Part shown: one piece after another, positions 1-7,971 of the stretch
Layout: each line of letters begins with the position of its first letter
How positions within the stretch are numbered: the stretch's first letter is position 1
NCBI GenBank assembly: GCA_964535385.1
Contig: CAZHSY010000002.1
Coordinates: forward strand, 72,939 to 118,946
DNA: 46,008 nt
Direction: 5' to 3'
DNA from: an uncultured Candidatus Saccharibacteria bacterium
Lineage (GTDB): Bacteria; Patescibacteriota; Saccharimonadia; CAILAD01; GCA-016700035
Program-made: the position numbers and the translations under genes
Notes under the pieces: generated by a model
Databases searched by the model: none
The model's input: the letters and a program-made list of their open reading frames with translations, nothing else
What the model was told of the DNA's origin: nothing

Positions 1-573
1 AACGGTGCCGCTGTAAGCAGCCCCGAGACTCAAGTGTCTGTAGATAGCAGCCTCTCAACAGTAGCCGATCAGCTCAAAGAAGCGCTCGGAACAACCTGGC
101 TGCAAACAAAAACTTCCTTGCCATCAGAGGGCGAGGCTCTGACTGGCACCAACTACATATACACCAACCTAAATAACAACACCCTGTGCTCACTCATTGA
201 CGGAGATGGCGTCCTCTTTTTTAGCTGTATCGAACGATCCAAGGTAACCGACACCCAAGCAAAGCTCGAAGAATTGGCGCCTCAGATTAATCCACGACCA
301 GACCAGGCCCTCTGGTTGATAAATTATGATGAACCCGGCGGCAATGGTTATCAACTTGCCAATGTCAGTATTGATGCAACTTCCAATCTATTTTATAAAG
401 CGTCCGGAACGAACGTCTGGGTACTGAGTCCTGTCCAATTCAATACACAACGGCCGCTCCTGTGCTCAGATGTGGAAAAAGACCCTCAGACAGTAGCAGC
501 CCTACAGGGTACCAATAGAGGCTGTTATACCGGCAATGGCATCGAAGCCACAACAAAGCTCATTGGTTCATAA
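1..573 (+). CDS. hypothetical protein, probably 5'-truncated by the window edge (4 Cys, Asn/Thr-rich, likely extracytoplasmic)
   Basis: The frame of ORF 34..573 stays open back to nt 1, so the GTG at 34 may be internal. No motif recognised. Confidence 0.45.
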   Translation, partial: NGAAVSSPETQVSVDSSLSTVADQLKEALGTTWLQTKTSLPSEGEALTGTNYIYTNLNNNTLCSLIDGDGVLFFSCIERSKVTDTQAKLEELAPQINPRPDQALWLINYDEPGGNGYQLANVSIDATSNLFYKASGTNVWVLSPVQFNTQRPLLCSDVEKDPQTVAALQGTNRGCYTGNGIEATTKLIGS

Positions 574-576
574 CGT

Positions 577-990
577 TTATTGTAACTTCTGTAGGTCTTC
601 GGGAGTCATTGATTGCTGTGGCTGTAAGGTAGCTGCACTATTGTCTTGAGCATTGTTTGTAGATTGGTTCTGGAGCGGAAGACTACCTGACTGTAGCTGA
701 TTAGGATCAGCTTGGCCCTCGAGTGGGATGGCTGGTTGACTACTGGTTGATTCGGTCACATCCAAATCTCGGACTGATTCAACTGAGCGCCAAACGATCC
801 AACCAGCGAAGAGCAGTATAAGCGCTGCCACTACCAAGAGCAGGATATTTACCCGATCTACTCCCTGCGACACCCCATTAGCCTCCGGGGAAGCAGGCAG
901 TTCCGGGGCAGCCTCAGACACTACTTCAGGAGTAGGGCGTTTCTTAGCAGCAGGTTTTTTACGGTGTTTTGACTTAGTTTTCTTGGCCAT
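577..990 (-). CDS. hypothetical single-pass membrane protein (Lys-rich N-terminus, one TM helix, Gln/Ser/Asn-rich tail)
   Basis: MAKKTKSKHRKKPAAKKR... is followed by the hydrophobic stretch ILLLVVAALILLFAGWIVW. AGGAG lies just upstream of the ATG. The gene is convergent with the previous ORF, with a 3-nt gap. Confidence 0.55.
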   Translation of the reverse strand: MAKKTKSKHRKKPAAKKRPTPEVVSEAAPELPASPEANGVSQGVDRVNILLLVVAALILLFAGWIVWRSVESVRDLDVTESTSSQPAIPLEGQADPNQLQSGSLPLQNQSTNNAQDNSAATLQPQQSMTPEDLQKLQ

Positions 991-1049
991 ATACTCCTAG
1001 TATACCGGCTTTCTACAGGTTGAGAAGCACTTTTAGGGCATAATAAGCC

Positions 1050-1078
1050 TTGACATACACGATTATGGCATGTAGAAT
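1050..1078 (+). promoter_or_regulatory. sigma70-type promoter, TTGACA-17 nt-TAGAAT
   Basis: TTGACA at 1050-1055, an exact 17-nt spacer, then TAGAAT at 1073-1078, read directly. Confidence 0.7.
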
Positions 1079-1084
1079 ACCCTC

Positions 1085-1242
1085 TCGATCTCAAAAATTA
1101 CGACCGCTTACTGGTTCTCCAGCTAAACGGTCGTTTTGTTTGAGAGGGACACCTATAAACCTTCTGCGAGGTAACTCTGCAGGAGAAACGGTGGATCGGA
1201 GGGTGGAGAGGAGCAAAAGACCAGCGGGTTTCCCGCTAGCCC
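1085..1242 (+). promoter_or_regulatory. structured 5' leader of the Rpf-like gene (candidate riboswitch, possibly ydaO/c-di-AMP class)
   Basis: No credible ORF in this stretch. Nested helices 1089-1095/1139-1145 and 1100-1106/1128-1134. Hairpin 1223-1228/1232-1237 abuts the ATG. Purine block at 1198-1213. Confidence 0.35.
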
Positions 1243-1794
1243 ATGCGTATTTTCCACACTGCTGTCGTGATTACGATCATTGCAGCCATTCAGGTAACTA
1301 ACTTGGTGCAACCTGTTACCGCCCAGCTCAAGCCCCAACGGGCCGAAGCTGCGGGCACTGAAAACCATACCCTTAACATAAACTTCGCAGATGCTAAACC
1401 AGTAGCTGTAATCAGCAAGCAAGTCTCATTCGACCAAGCTGTCGGTGCTCCCTTGCGTGCTGCCCAAGCTGCCAAGGCTCAGGCTGAAGCCGAAGCTAAG
1501 AAAAAAGCCGTAGTTAAGACTGTCGTACAGAAGGTCACTCCTGTCCGCGTCGCCACTGGTGACGTCTGGGAACAACTCCGTCTCTGTGAAGCCGGCGGTG
1601 ACTACGCCAAAAACACTGGTAACGGCTACTTCGGTGCCTACCAGTACAACCTGTCAACCTGGGGTAACTTCGGCGGCTATGCCCGTCCAGACCTAGCCCC
1701 TCCAGCCGTACAGGATGCCAAGGCTCAGGCCACCCAAGCCGCTCGCGGCTGGGCTCCATGGCCTAGCTGTGCTCGTAAGCTCGGGCTTTTATAA
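1243..1794 (+). CDS. resuscitation-promoting-factor (Rpf)-type transglycosylase-like protein with an N-terminal signal/anchor
   Basis: The C-terminal WEQLRLCEAGGDYAKNTGNGYFGAYQYNLSTWGNFGG...GWAPWPSC matches the Rpf transglycosylase-like domain pattern (C-E-x-GG...NTGNGYYG..QF...TW...W..C). Hydrophobic N-terminus and an Ala/Lys-rich linker. Confidence 0.85.
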   Translation: MRIFHTAVVITIIAAIQVTNLVQPVTAQLKPQRAEAAGTENHTLNINFADAKPVAVISKQVSFDQAVGAPLRAAQAAKAQAEAEAKKKAVVKTVVQKVTPVRVATGDVWEQLRLCEAGGDYAKNTGNGYFGAYQYNLSTWGNFGGYARPDLAPPAVQDAKAQATQAARGWAPWPSCARKLGLL

Positions 1795-1812
1795 GATTTG
1801 CGCTAACGATGC

Positions 1813-1850
1813 AACAAAACCCCCGTTCATTCGAGCGGGGGTTTTGTTGT
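1813..1850 (+). terminator. rho-independent terminator of the Rpf gene
   Basis: CAAAACCCCCG (1815-1825) pairs with CGGGGGTTTTG (1836-1846), followed by a T-rich run. A second small hairpin AAAACCT/AGGTTTT follows at 1852-1867. Confidence 0.8.
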
Positions 1851-1945
1851 AAAACCTTTAGGTTTTCATTGTTCGTCCTATTTTCGTATGATAGACTAGA
1901 TATATAAGTAATTCGATTACCAAATCTGACCTCCTCGGGCTTGAG

Positions 1946-2224
1946 ATGCGGCTCGAGAAACGCTTTGATGAGCGATTTTCGAAGATTGATGAGCGCTTCG
2001 AAAAAGTTGACGCTCGCTTTGACGAGATGATGAAAATTATCACTACCTTCGCCGAGGACGTATACCGTCGGTTTGATAACCATGATGCCCAACTCCGTGA
2101 GTTACGTGAGACTCAGCTCGAAATCCACGACACGATCGACGACTTTGCTGGTCGGAAGAGCATCTTCGAATCTGAACTCACTGCCCAGCGCAGTAAACTA
2201 AACCGCATCGCACCAACCAGCTAA
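1946..2224 (+). CDS. small coiled-coil protein with tandem (D/E)xRF(D/E) repeats, unknown function
   Basis: EKRFDERFSKIDERFEKVDARFDEMM periodic repeats, also visible in the DNA (gatgagcgNtt twice). No clear SD, so the coding status is uncertain. Confidence 0.4.
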   Translation: MRLEKRFDERFSKIDERFEKVDARFDEMMKIITTFAEDVYRRFDNHDAQLRELRETQLEIHDTIDDFAGRKSIFESELTAQRSKLNRIAPTS

Positions 2225-2299
2225 CATTTTTTAATAAAGAAAACGACCCCAGGCATACACCTGAGCCGGAGAGCTCACCTCTCGTGCCGGTACTCCATT

Positions 2300-2758
2300 C
2301 TATTCCTCCGGTTCGGCAAGCTGAATCTCCTTCTCCTGCAAGAGCGCCGGCAAAAGCTCGATAGCCTGCTGGTAGGTAAGCTTATGACCCTTGAGAGCCT
2401 CAATGCCCGCCACCAGGCCAAACTTCGTCCCTGTCAGCTCCAGCTTCTTGGTACCGATCCTACAGTCCGCAAACACTACTTCCTGCCAATCACAACTAAG
2501 AAACTGCCCAGAAAAGAACTCCGAGCCACCAAAATCTACCTTATCGAAGATACAGTTCCTAAAAATAACTTTCTTAAATGTACTAGCTCGCCAATTGACG
2601 CTTGCAAACTTACAATCCGTGAACTCCACATCCTCCAGATAGGCCTCGTACCACTTAATAGCCGCAAAACGACAATCCGAGATCCGCTCACGAATTCGCC
2701 CATCTTTAGAGAAATCTTCATCGACGAATTGTTGATTTGAAATCTTCGTGTATTCCAT
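2300..2758 (-). CDS. pentapeptide-repeat protein
   Basis: Successive 5-residue repeats with a central hydrophobic or Phe residue: CRFAAIKWYEAYLEDVEFTDCKFASVNWRASTFKKVIFRNCIFDKVDFGGSEFFSGQFLSCDWQEVVFADCRI. Confidence 0.8.
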   Translation of the reverse strand: MEYTKISNQQFVDEDFSKDGRIRERISDCRFAAIKWYEAYLEDVEFTDCKFASVNWRASTFKKVIFRNCIFDKVDFGGSEFFSGQFLSCDWQEVVFADCRIGTKKLELTGTKFGLVAGIEALKGHKLTYQQAIELLPALLQEKEIQLAEPEE

Positions 2759-2789
2759 AGCTTGATCATACCACTCTGACCCCAGTCCA

Positions 2790-2818
2790 TTGACCTGGGT
2801 CTACAAACCTGGTATCAT
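2790..2818 (+). promoter_or_regulatory. promoter TTGACC-17 nt-TATCAT, 9 nt upstream of the rpmE ATG
   Basis: TTGACC at 2790-2795, a 17-nt spacer, TATCAT at 2813-2818, ATG at 2828. No SD in between. Confidence 0.6.
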
Positions 2819-2827
2819 ACCCAAGTT

Positions 2828-3175
2828 ATGAAAGCTAATATCCACCCAGAATGGGTCGAAACCAAGGTTCACTGCCTGGGTTGCGACACAACCTTCACCA
2901 GTCACTCGACTGTGCCTGAAATCACTGTCGAAATCTGTTCGAATTGCCATCCGTTTTACACCGGTAAGCAAAAACTGGTCGACACCGCTGGTCGCGTGGA
3001 TCGCTTCGAGGCTCTCCGTAAGAAGAGTGGCGCCATCCAGAAGACTGCCAAGCCAAAGTCAAAGAAGACCGACAAGGCTCCAGTTGAAGCCAAAGACACC
3101 AAGGCTGCTCTCAAAGAGATCAAAAAAGAACTGTCTGACAAGACCGTTGACCAAGCGGCTCCAACCGAACAGTAA
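2828..3175 (+). CDS. rpmE: 50S ribosomal protein L31 (Zn-ribbon type) with a Lys-rich C-terminal extension
   Basis: MKANIHPEW...CLGC...[24 protein letters not shown] is the canonical L31 signature. Confidence 0.95.
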   Translation: MKANIHPEWVETKVHCLGCDTTFTSHSTVPEITVEICSNCHPFYTGKQKLVDTAGRVDRFEALRKKSGAIQKTAKPKSKKTDKAPVEAKDTKAALKEIKKELSDKTVDQAAPTEQ

Positions 3176-3191
3176 CTATCTGCAGCCCCAG

Positions 3192-3225
3192 GAAACGACG
3201 CCTCATATCAAGGCGTCGTTTCAAT
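3192..3225 (+). terminator. rho-independent terminator after rpmE
   Basis: GAAACGACGCC (3192-3202) pairs with GGCGTCGTTTC (3212-3222): a perfect 11-bp stem with a 9-nt loop. Confidence 0.8.
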
Positions 3226-3249
3226 TACGTGTAGAATGAGAATAATCCC

Positions 3250-4317
3250 ATGATTGATCAAGCTATTATCGACAAGATTCAGGAACGCCTGGCCGAGCTC
3301 ACCGCGGAGCTGAGCCAGCCTGAAGTATACGCCAGCTCCAAGGCTGCAAGCCTAGTGCACGAACAGCGTGAGTTGACCGACAAGCTAGCCCTATTCGAGG
3401 CCGTGGTCAAGACTGAGCGTGAGCTCGAAGGGGCCCGTGAGCTAGCCCATGACGCCGAAATGGGTGAACTAGCTCGCCTGGAAATCCCTGAGCTCGAGAC
3501 CAAGCTCACGGAGTTGCAGGGCAAAGTTCGCAGCGCTCTGGTTCCAACTGATCCGAATGACAATAAAACTGCCATCATCGAAATTCGCGGCGGAGCAGGG
3601 GGCGACGAAAGCTCACTGTTTGCCGGAGAATTACTCCGTATGTACACACGCTTCGCTGAAATGCATAGCCTCAAGATCACCCTGCTCTCTGAGAGCCCCA
3701 ATGAAGTTGGTGGCTACAAGGAGGCCATTCTCGAGGCCAGCGGCCCACAGGCCTACCGAGCTTTTAAGTACGAGTCTGGAGTCCATCGCGTACAGCGCAT
3801 CCCAGCTACCGAGAGCCAGGGCCGTATTCACACCTCAACGGTCACTGTCGCAGTACTTCCGGAAGCTGAGGAGACCGACCTAGAAATCGCTGACAACGAG
3901 ATCCGGGTAGATGTCTATCGCAGCTCAGGTAATGGTGGTCAAAGTGTTAATACCACCGACTCAGCTGTGCGTATCACTCACTTGCCAAGCGGCATTGTCG
4001 TAACCTGCCAGGACGAGAAGAGCCAGATTAAGAACCGGGCCAAGGCCATGCAAGTCTTACGCTCCCGCCTCCTTGCCCTCGAGGAGGAAAAGCGCCGCCA
4101 AGAACTCGGCGATCAGCGCCTCAGTCAGATCGGCACCGGAGACCGCTCTGAGAAAATCCGAACCTACAACTTCCCTCAGGACCGCATCACCGACCACCGG
4201 ATTGGCTTCACTACTCACAACCTAGCTCGGTTTATGGATGGCGAACTCGATGAGCACCACGCTGCCCTCCTTGAGGCTGATATCGAACGAGCACTTAAGC
4301 AAATAGAACAGGAATGA
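3250..4317 (+). CDS. prfA: peptide chain release factor 1
   Basis: GGQ motif ([24 protein letters not shown]) and the RF1-type PxT tripeptide ([14 protein letters not shown]). Confidence 0.96.
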   Translation: MIDQAIIDKIQERLAELTAELSQPEVYASSKAASLVHEQRELTDKLALFEAVVKTERELEGARELAHDAEMGELARLEIPELETKLTELQGKVRSALVPTDPNDNKTAIIEIRGGAGGDESSLFAGELLRMYTRFAEMHSLKITLLSESPNEVGGYKEAILEASGPQAYRAFKYESGVHRVQRIPATESQGRIHTSTVTVAVLPEAEETDLEIADNEIRVDVYRSSGNGGQSVNTTDSAVRITHLPSGIVVTCQDEKSQIKNRAKAMQVLRSRLLALEEEKRRQELGDQRLSQIGTGDRSEKIRTYNFPQDRITDHRIGFTTHNLARFMDGELDEHHAALLEADIERALKQIEQE

Positions 4318-5144
4318 GCACCCGACCCTCTCTTGGCGATATCCTCCAGCAGGGGACTGAGCAGCTAACGGCGGCTGGTATTCGAGGTGCCCGTAGCGAA
4401 GTAGAACTCATCGCTGCCTTCGTCCTAAATGAAGACAAAAGTTATGTCATTGCACACAATGAATATTGCCCTACTTTGCCTCAGACTGAGCGAATACAAA
4501 AGTTATACAAGACACGAGCAAATCGTGTACCCATGAGTTACGTGCTGGGCCAGCGCGAGTTCTATGGCCGAATCTTCAAGGTTGATGAGCGAGCCCTTAC
4601 GCCACGAATTGAAACCGAGATTATCGTGCATGAGGTGAGTAGGCAGCTCCAGGGAGGCCAGCGCCTTCTCGATATCGGCACTGGCTGTGGAGCCATCGGT
4701 CTAAGCTTAGCGCTGGAAGTCCCAGGCCTCGATCTCACCTTGACCGATGTCAGCCCTGAAGCCCTCGAGCTGGCTCGCGAGAATGCCCGGAGTCTTCAAC
4801 CTCAGACACAAACTATCAACTTTATAGAGTCAGACCTCTTTACCAAGCTACCCGGCCAATATGACGCCATCGTAGCTAATCTTCCATATGTCTCCCGCGA
4901 CGCCGACCTCCTGCCAGAAGTGACCGCCGAGCCGCATGTCGCGCTATTCGGAGGGAGTGGTGATGGGCTTGATCTATATCAACGCTTCTTCGAGGAGGTG
5001 AGTGAGCATGTATCAACAAAAGGTCTGGTCTATCTGGAGTCAGATCCTTGGCAGCAGCCCGCCCTTGAAAAACTGGCTCATAGCGTTGGGTTACGCAAAA
5101 TCTTCAACGATTACTTCATACTTGGCTTCGAGAAAACTACATAA
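4314..5144 (+). CDS. prmC: release-factor glutamine N5-methyltransferase (PrmC/HemK)
   Basis: ATGA overlap with prfA. SAM-binding motif [16 protein letters not shown]. The catalytic motif reads NLPY instead of the usual NPPY. Confidence 0.88.
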   Translation: MSTRPSLGDILQQGTEQLTAAGIRGARSEVELIAAFVLNEDKSYVIAHNEYCPTLPQTERIQKLYKTRANRVPMSYVLGQREFYGRIFKVDERALTPRIETEIIVHEVSRQLQGGQRLLDIGTGCGAIGLSLALEVPGLDLTLTDVSPEALELARENARSLQPQTQTINFIESDLFTKLPGQYDAIVANLPYVSRDADLLPEVTAEPHVALFGGSGDGLDLYQRFFEEVSEHVSTKGLVYLESDPWQQPALEKLAHSVGLRKIFNDYFILGFEKTT

Positions 5145-5150
5145 TTATTG

Positions 5151-5179
5151 TTGACTTTTGTAAGTTTTTATGCTAATAT
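5151..5179 (+). promoter_or_regulatory. near-consensus promoter TTGACT-17 nt-TAATAT
   Basis: TTGACT at 5151-5156, a 17-nt spacer, TAATAT at 5174-5179, immediately after the prmC stop. Confidence 0.65.
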
Positions 5180-5333
5180 AGCTTTCATGATCTTTTACAG
5201 ATCAGGCACCTTATAAACCATCTTTTCCTTCCTCCTACAAGAAATCGGGCTCGAGACCTTAGTAAGTACCCCGTTCACATAACTTGCTGTTTGGATCCCG
5301 ATTTCACAAAAAGAAAGATCGAGGAAGGGAAAT

Positions 5334-5609
5334 GTGACACCCTTGGCACAATGCCGAAGTCACAGGAGACATTTTGCAATGAGCACCCACCACCCCCAGT
5401 CAGAGCGCATTGCCGAGTGTATTCTCCTCGGTATCTGCGTCGGGATCTACATGTCCGGCGCACTCATCACCGAGGTTGGCAATGGCCTCGTCGATGTCAT
5501 CGGCTGCATCATCGCAGCCTTTGGTGTCATTTCCATCTTCGCAACTCTCAAGGTTGCTTCAGAAGGAGATGCCCGCCGCAACCATGAACGGCGCAGTCAA
5601 CGGCGCTAA
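5334..5609 (+). CDS. small two-TM membrane protein with a basic C-terminus (91 aa from GTG 5334, or 76 aa from ATG 5379)
   Basis: GAGGAAGG sits 5 nt upstream of GTG 5334, and GGAG sits 10 nt upstream of ATG 5379. Two hydrophobic helices (CILLGICVGIYMSGALI and VIGCIIAAFGVISIFATL), then ...RRNHERRSQRR. Confidence 0.45.
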   Translation: MTPLAQCRSHRRHFAMSTHHPQSERIAECILLGICVGIYMSGALITEVGNGLVDVIGCIIAAFGVISIFATLKVASEGDARRNHERRSQRR

Positions 5610-5618
5610 CACCAACCC

Positions 5619-5700
5619 CGAGCACCCGCTCGAGCCCTATCGTTCCCGGATCTCACAATCCGATGTCGATAGAGAGCTCGCGGGTGCTTCTTCTTTTTAT
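5619..5700 (+). terminator. long stem-loop plus U-tract, probable terminator of the small-protein transcript
   Basis: GCACCCGC (5622-5629) pairs with GCGGGTGC (5680-5687), with inner stem CTATCG/CGATAG (5637-5642/5667-5672). TTCTTCTTTTTAT follows. Confidence 0.45.
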
Positions 5701-5701
5701 T

Positions 5702-5863
5702 ACCTGAATCTCAAAACTCCTCTCAATCCGAAATTTCAGCCTCCTGATTCAGAGTGAGTCTGTTCTCCTGACGAACCATAGCTAAAGCTATGGAGAGGAA
5801 GGAAACAGATCTCAGACTGACAGGAGATGGAATTGCAGGAGAGAGGGGTTTTGAGATTCAGGT
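5702..5863. repeat. 162-bp imperfect palindrome with 23-bp terminal inverted repeats, flanked by TTTATT direct repeats (MITE-like element or giant bidirectional terminator)
   Basis: ACCTGAATCTCAAAACTCCTCTC (5702-5724) matches the reverse complement of 5841-5863 with one mismatch (T5718 opposite G5847). Central hairpin CCATAGC/GCTATGG (5776-5793). TTTATT at 5696-5701 and at 5864-5869. Confidence 0.6.
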
Positions 5864-5864
5864 T

Positions 5865-7097
5865 TTATTGATTTGAGGTAGTTGGAGCTGCTTCAAGCGT
5901 AACTTGAACCGACTGTGTCTTACCATCACGGTAGAATTCGACCGTAACTGTATCGCCAACTTTTTGTGAAGCCAGCACGGACTGTAGTGTATTCTGCGTA
6001 TTGATATCTTTGCCACCAAGCTTAGTGATGATATCGCCCTCACGCAGGCCGGCTTTAGCTGCCGGACTATTAGGAACAACCGCTAGTGTCTCTGTGTCAC
6101 CACGCAGCAGCGCACCTTCACTCATTGGTAGATTATTGCGCTTAGCAAAAGCCTCAGTAATCATCACGTAGCGAACACCAAGGTATGGTCGCACAATCGT
6201 ACCTTTGTCCTTCACAGATGCGATATCATTCTTGACTTCATTTATTGGGATCGCAAAGCCAATGTTCTGAGCTCCCGAACCAGCCATGGCCGTGTTGACG
6301 CCAATCACCTGGCCTTCAATATTCACCAGCGGGCCGCCAGAATTACCTGGGTTAATTGCCGCATCGGTCTGGAAAAGGTTGTTCAGCTGTTCGCTTCCAC
6401 CCTGGCCATTAGAGGCCTCGATTGGCCGACTCTTGCCTGAGATTACGCCAGTTGTGACAGTATTAGCAAACTCGCCCAATGCATTACCAATCGCTACGAC
6501 TTTCTGGCCCACCTGAACTTGATCGGAGTCGCCAATCTCAGCTGCCGTCAATCCGCTAGCCTGGATACGCAAGAAGGCAATGTCATTCGACGGATCGGTC
6601 GTGACTAGAGTGCCGTCATACTGCTTACCATCCGTTGTAGTAACCGTGAACTTATTTGCCCCCTCAACGACATGCTTATTAGTGAGGATCAAGCCGTCTG
6701 TAGTCACGACAATCCCTGTCCCCGCCCCTTGCTGCTGCTGCTGTAAGCCAAAGATACTCTGGGCTGTACCGGTTGTAGTAATGCTCACGACCGCTGGACC
6801 GACCTTCTTGACGAGATCAATTGTAGCTGACTCTTCTTGAAGAATGACTTGCTTATTCTCAGTACTGTTATTGGTCAGTCGAGCCGGTGCAAAGCGTATG
6901 TATAGTGCCGCACCAATCAGGCCAGCCACGAATGCTAAGACAATACTCAAAAGCAATGTCTTATCAGTCCCCTTCATTGGACTGGCCTTACGCGGACTCG
7001 GATTTGGGATCGGGCGCAGGCTCCGTGTCGAAGTAGTTAAGGGCTTAGGACTTGGGGTGGCAGATTTTTCATTAACCGACTTCACACTATCAGGCAT
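5865..7097 (-). CDS. htrA: HtrA/DegP-family serine protease with a PDZ domain, membrane-anchored
   Basis: Catalytic triad context TNKHVV, DIAFLRI, GNSGGPLVN. C-terminal PDZ (GLREGDIITKLGGKDI). Start moved to ATG 7097, which follows AAGGAGAG. The upstream ATG 7118 lies only 3 nt after a TATAAT box (7122-7127). Confidence 0.9.
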   Translation of the reverse strand: MPDSVKSVNEKSATPSPKPLTTSTRSLRPIPNPSPRKASPMKGTDKTLLLSIVLAFVAGLIGAALYIRFAPARLTNNSTENKQVILQEESATIDLVKKVGPAVVSITTTGTAQSIFGLQQQQQGAGTGIVVTTDGLILTNKHVVEGANKFTVTTTDGKQYDGTLVTTDPSNDIAFLRIQASGLTAAEIGDSDQVQVGQKVVAIGNALGEFANTVTTGVISGKSRPIEASNGQGGSEQLNNLFQTDAAINPGNSGGPLVNIEGQVIGVNTAMAGSGAQNIGFAIPINEVKNDIASVKDKGTIVRPYLGVRYVMITEAFAKRNNLPMSEGALLRGDTETLAVVPNSPAAKAGLREGDIITKLGGKDINTQNTLQSVLASQKVGDTVTVEFYRDGKTQSVQVTLEAAPTTSNQ

Positions 7098-7185
7098 GCT
7101 TCTCTCCTTATAAAACATTAAATTATACTTAGTATAGTACCGATTTCTGAGAAAAACTTGAGATGCTAAAAAGCAAGTTCAGCCT

Positions 7186-7971
7186 CTAAACTGCCGGCAT
7201 AAAATACAGCAATCCAAAGCTCAAGACACAGACAAAGCCATACTCCAGAACTAGTTCCTTTGTCAGCCGTCGCTGACTATGAAGCTTGAGCAAGCTCCCC
7301 CATGAATAGGCCAGCCCAGCAGTTACTAAACTTGTACGACTAATGAATAGTGGCGTCAGAGGAATCTTGTAGATAATAATCGTAAAGCTCGAAAGCAATA
7401 CTAGCTCACTAGCCACAAGTGCCCAAGCCGCCGCTACGAAGGAGTTATGAAAGCCTATTCGCTCCAGCCAAAAGTGGGCGGTGCAATACTGAGCCAGCCA
7501 CGTCAGTACTAAAATCCACGGTAAACTACTGGGCGAGGTAATGAGCCAGAGTGACGTTAGTGACTGCATCAAAACCACCAGGAGCAAGCTGTGTCCACTT
7601 TGTTGCGGGGTATAGTCTGGATCGAATTGCAATAGCAGGAAGCGAGCCTGCCAGAATAAGGCGCCGATCAAAATCAATGAACGAGCCATAGGGCTTACAT
7701 CAACCGTGAGCTGGATAAAGCTCAACCAACCAGCCGTCACGACCACAATCAAAAGTGGTTCAATAGAACGCGTCAAGACAACACCAAACGTTCTATGTTT
7801 TACTAACCGAGCTACGGTTGTCAGGGTAATCACCACACTTAGGGCTAGGCTCCAGAGTTCGAGGCCAAACACTAAACTGAGAGCCAAACACAATGCCTGG
7901 CCAACCACGTGCTGGATCAGTACCCACTGGGTAGGTGTCAGGTGATGGCGAGACCGCTTCACTGTAGCCAC
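7186..7971 (-). CDS. polytopic membrane protein of unknown function (alternative GTG start at 7962 gives a GTGA overlap with the LCP stop)
   Basis: At least 7 hydrophobic segments and no recognisable motif. Overlaps the end of the LCP gene. Confidence 0.55.
   Translation of the reverse strand: MATVKRSRHHLTPTQWVLIQHVVGQALCLALSLVFGLELWSLALSVVITLTTVARLVKHRTFGVVLTRSIEPLLIVVVTAGWLSFIQLTVDVSPMARSLILIGALFWQARFLLLQFDPDYTPQQSGHSLLLVVLMQSLTSLWLITSPSSLPWILVLTWLAQYCTAHFWLERIGFHNSFVAAAWALVASELVLLSSFTIIIYKIPLTPLFISRTSLVTAGLAYSWGSLLKLHSQRRLTKELVLEYGFVCVLSFGLLYFMPAV

Noticed and set aside
1050-1475. ORFs 1050..1301 (+), 1153..1422 (-) and 1290..1475 (-) around the rpf leader
   Set aside because: The first begins at the -35 box itself. 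The other two are antisense to the leader and the Rpf signal-peptide region. None has an SD or recognisable protein features.
4314-4317. Alternative genetic code (UGA reassignment as in some CPR lineages)
   Set aside because: TGA functions as the stop in several precisely overlapping ATGA/GTGA junctions (prfA, trxB, rodA, secD, def). Well-conserved proteins end where expected. Only RF1 is visible in the window, but that alone is not evidence for recoding.
5186-5700. Possibility that the orphan transcript is RNase P RNA or tmRNA
   Set aside because: GAGGAAGGGAAAUG superficially resembles the RNase P P4 GAGGAAAGUCC, but the AGUCCGGGC continuation and other universal blocks are absent. No tmRNA 5' GGGG...or 3' T-arm/CCA-like end, and no tag reading frame, is present.
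5410-5757. 115-aa ORF overlapping the small membrane-protein ORF
   Set aside because: Its first half is low-complexity Ser/Ala text read out of frame from the more convincing two-TM ORF. It has no SD. It also runs straight through the hairpin plus U-tract terminator (5619-5700) into the palindromic element.
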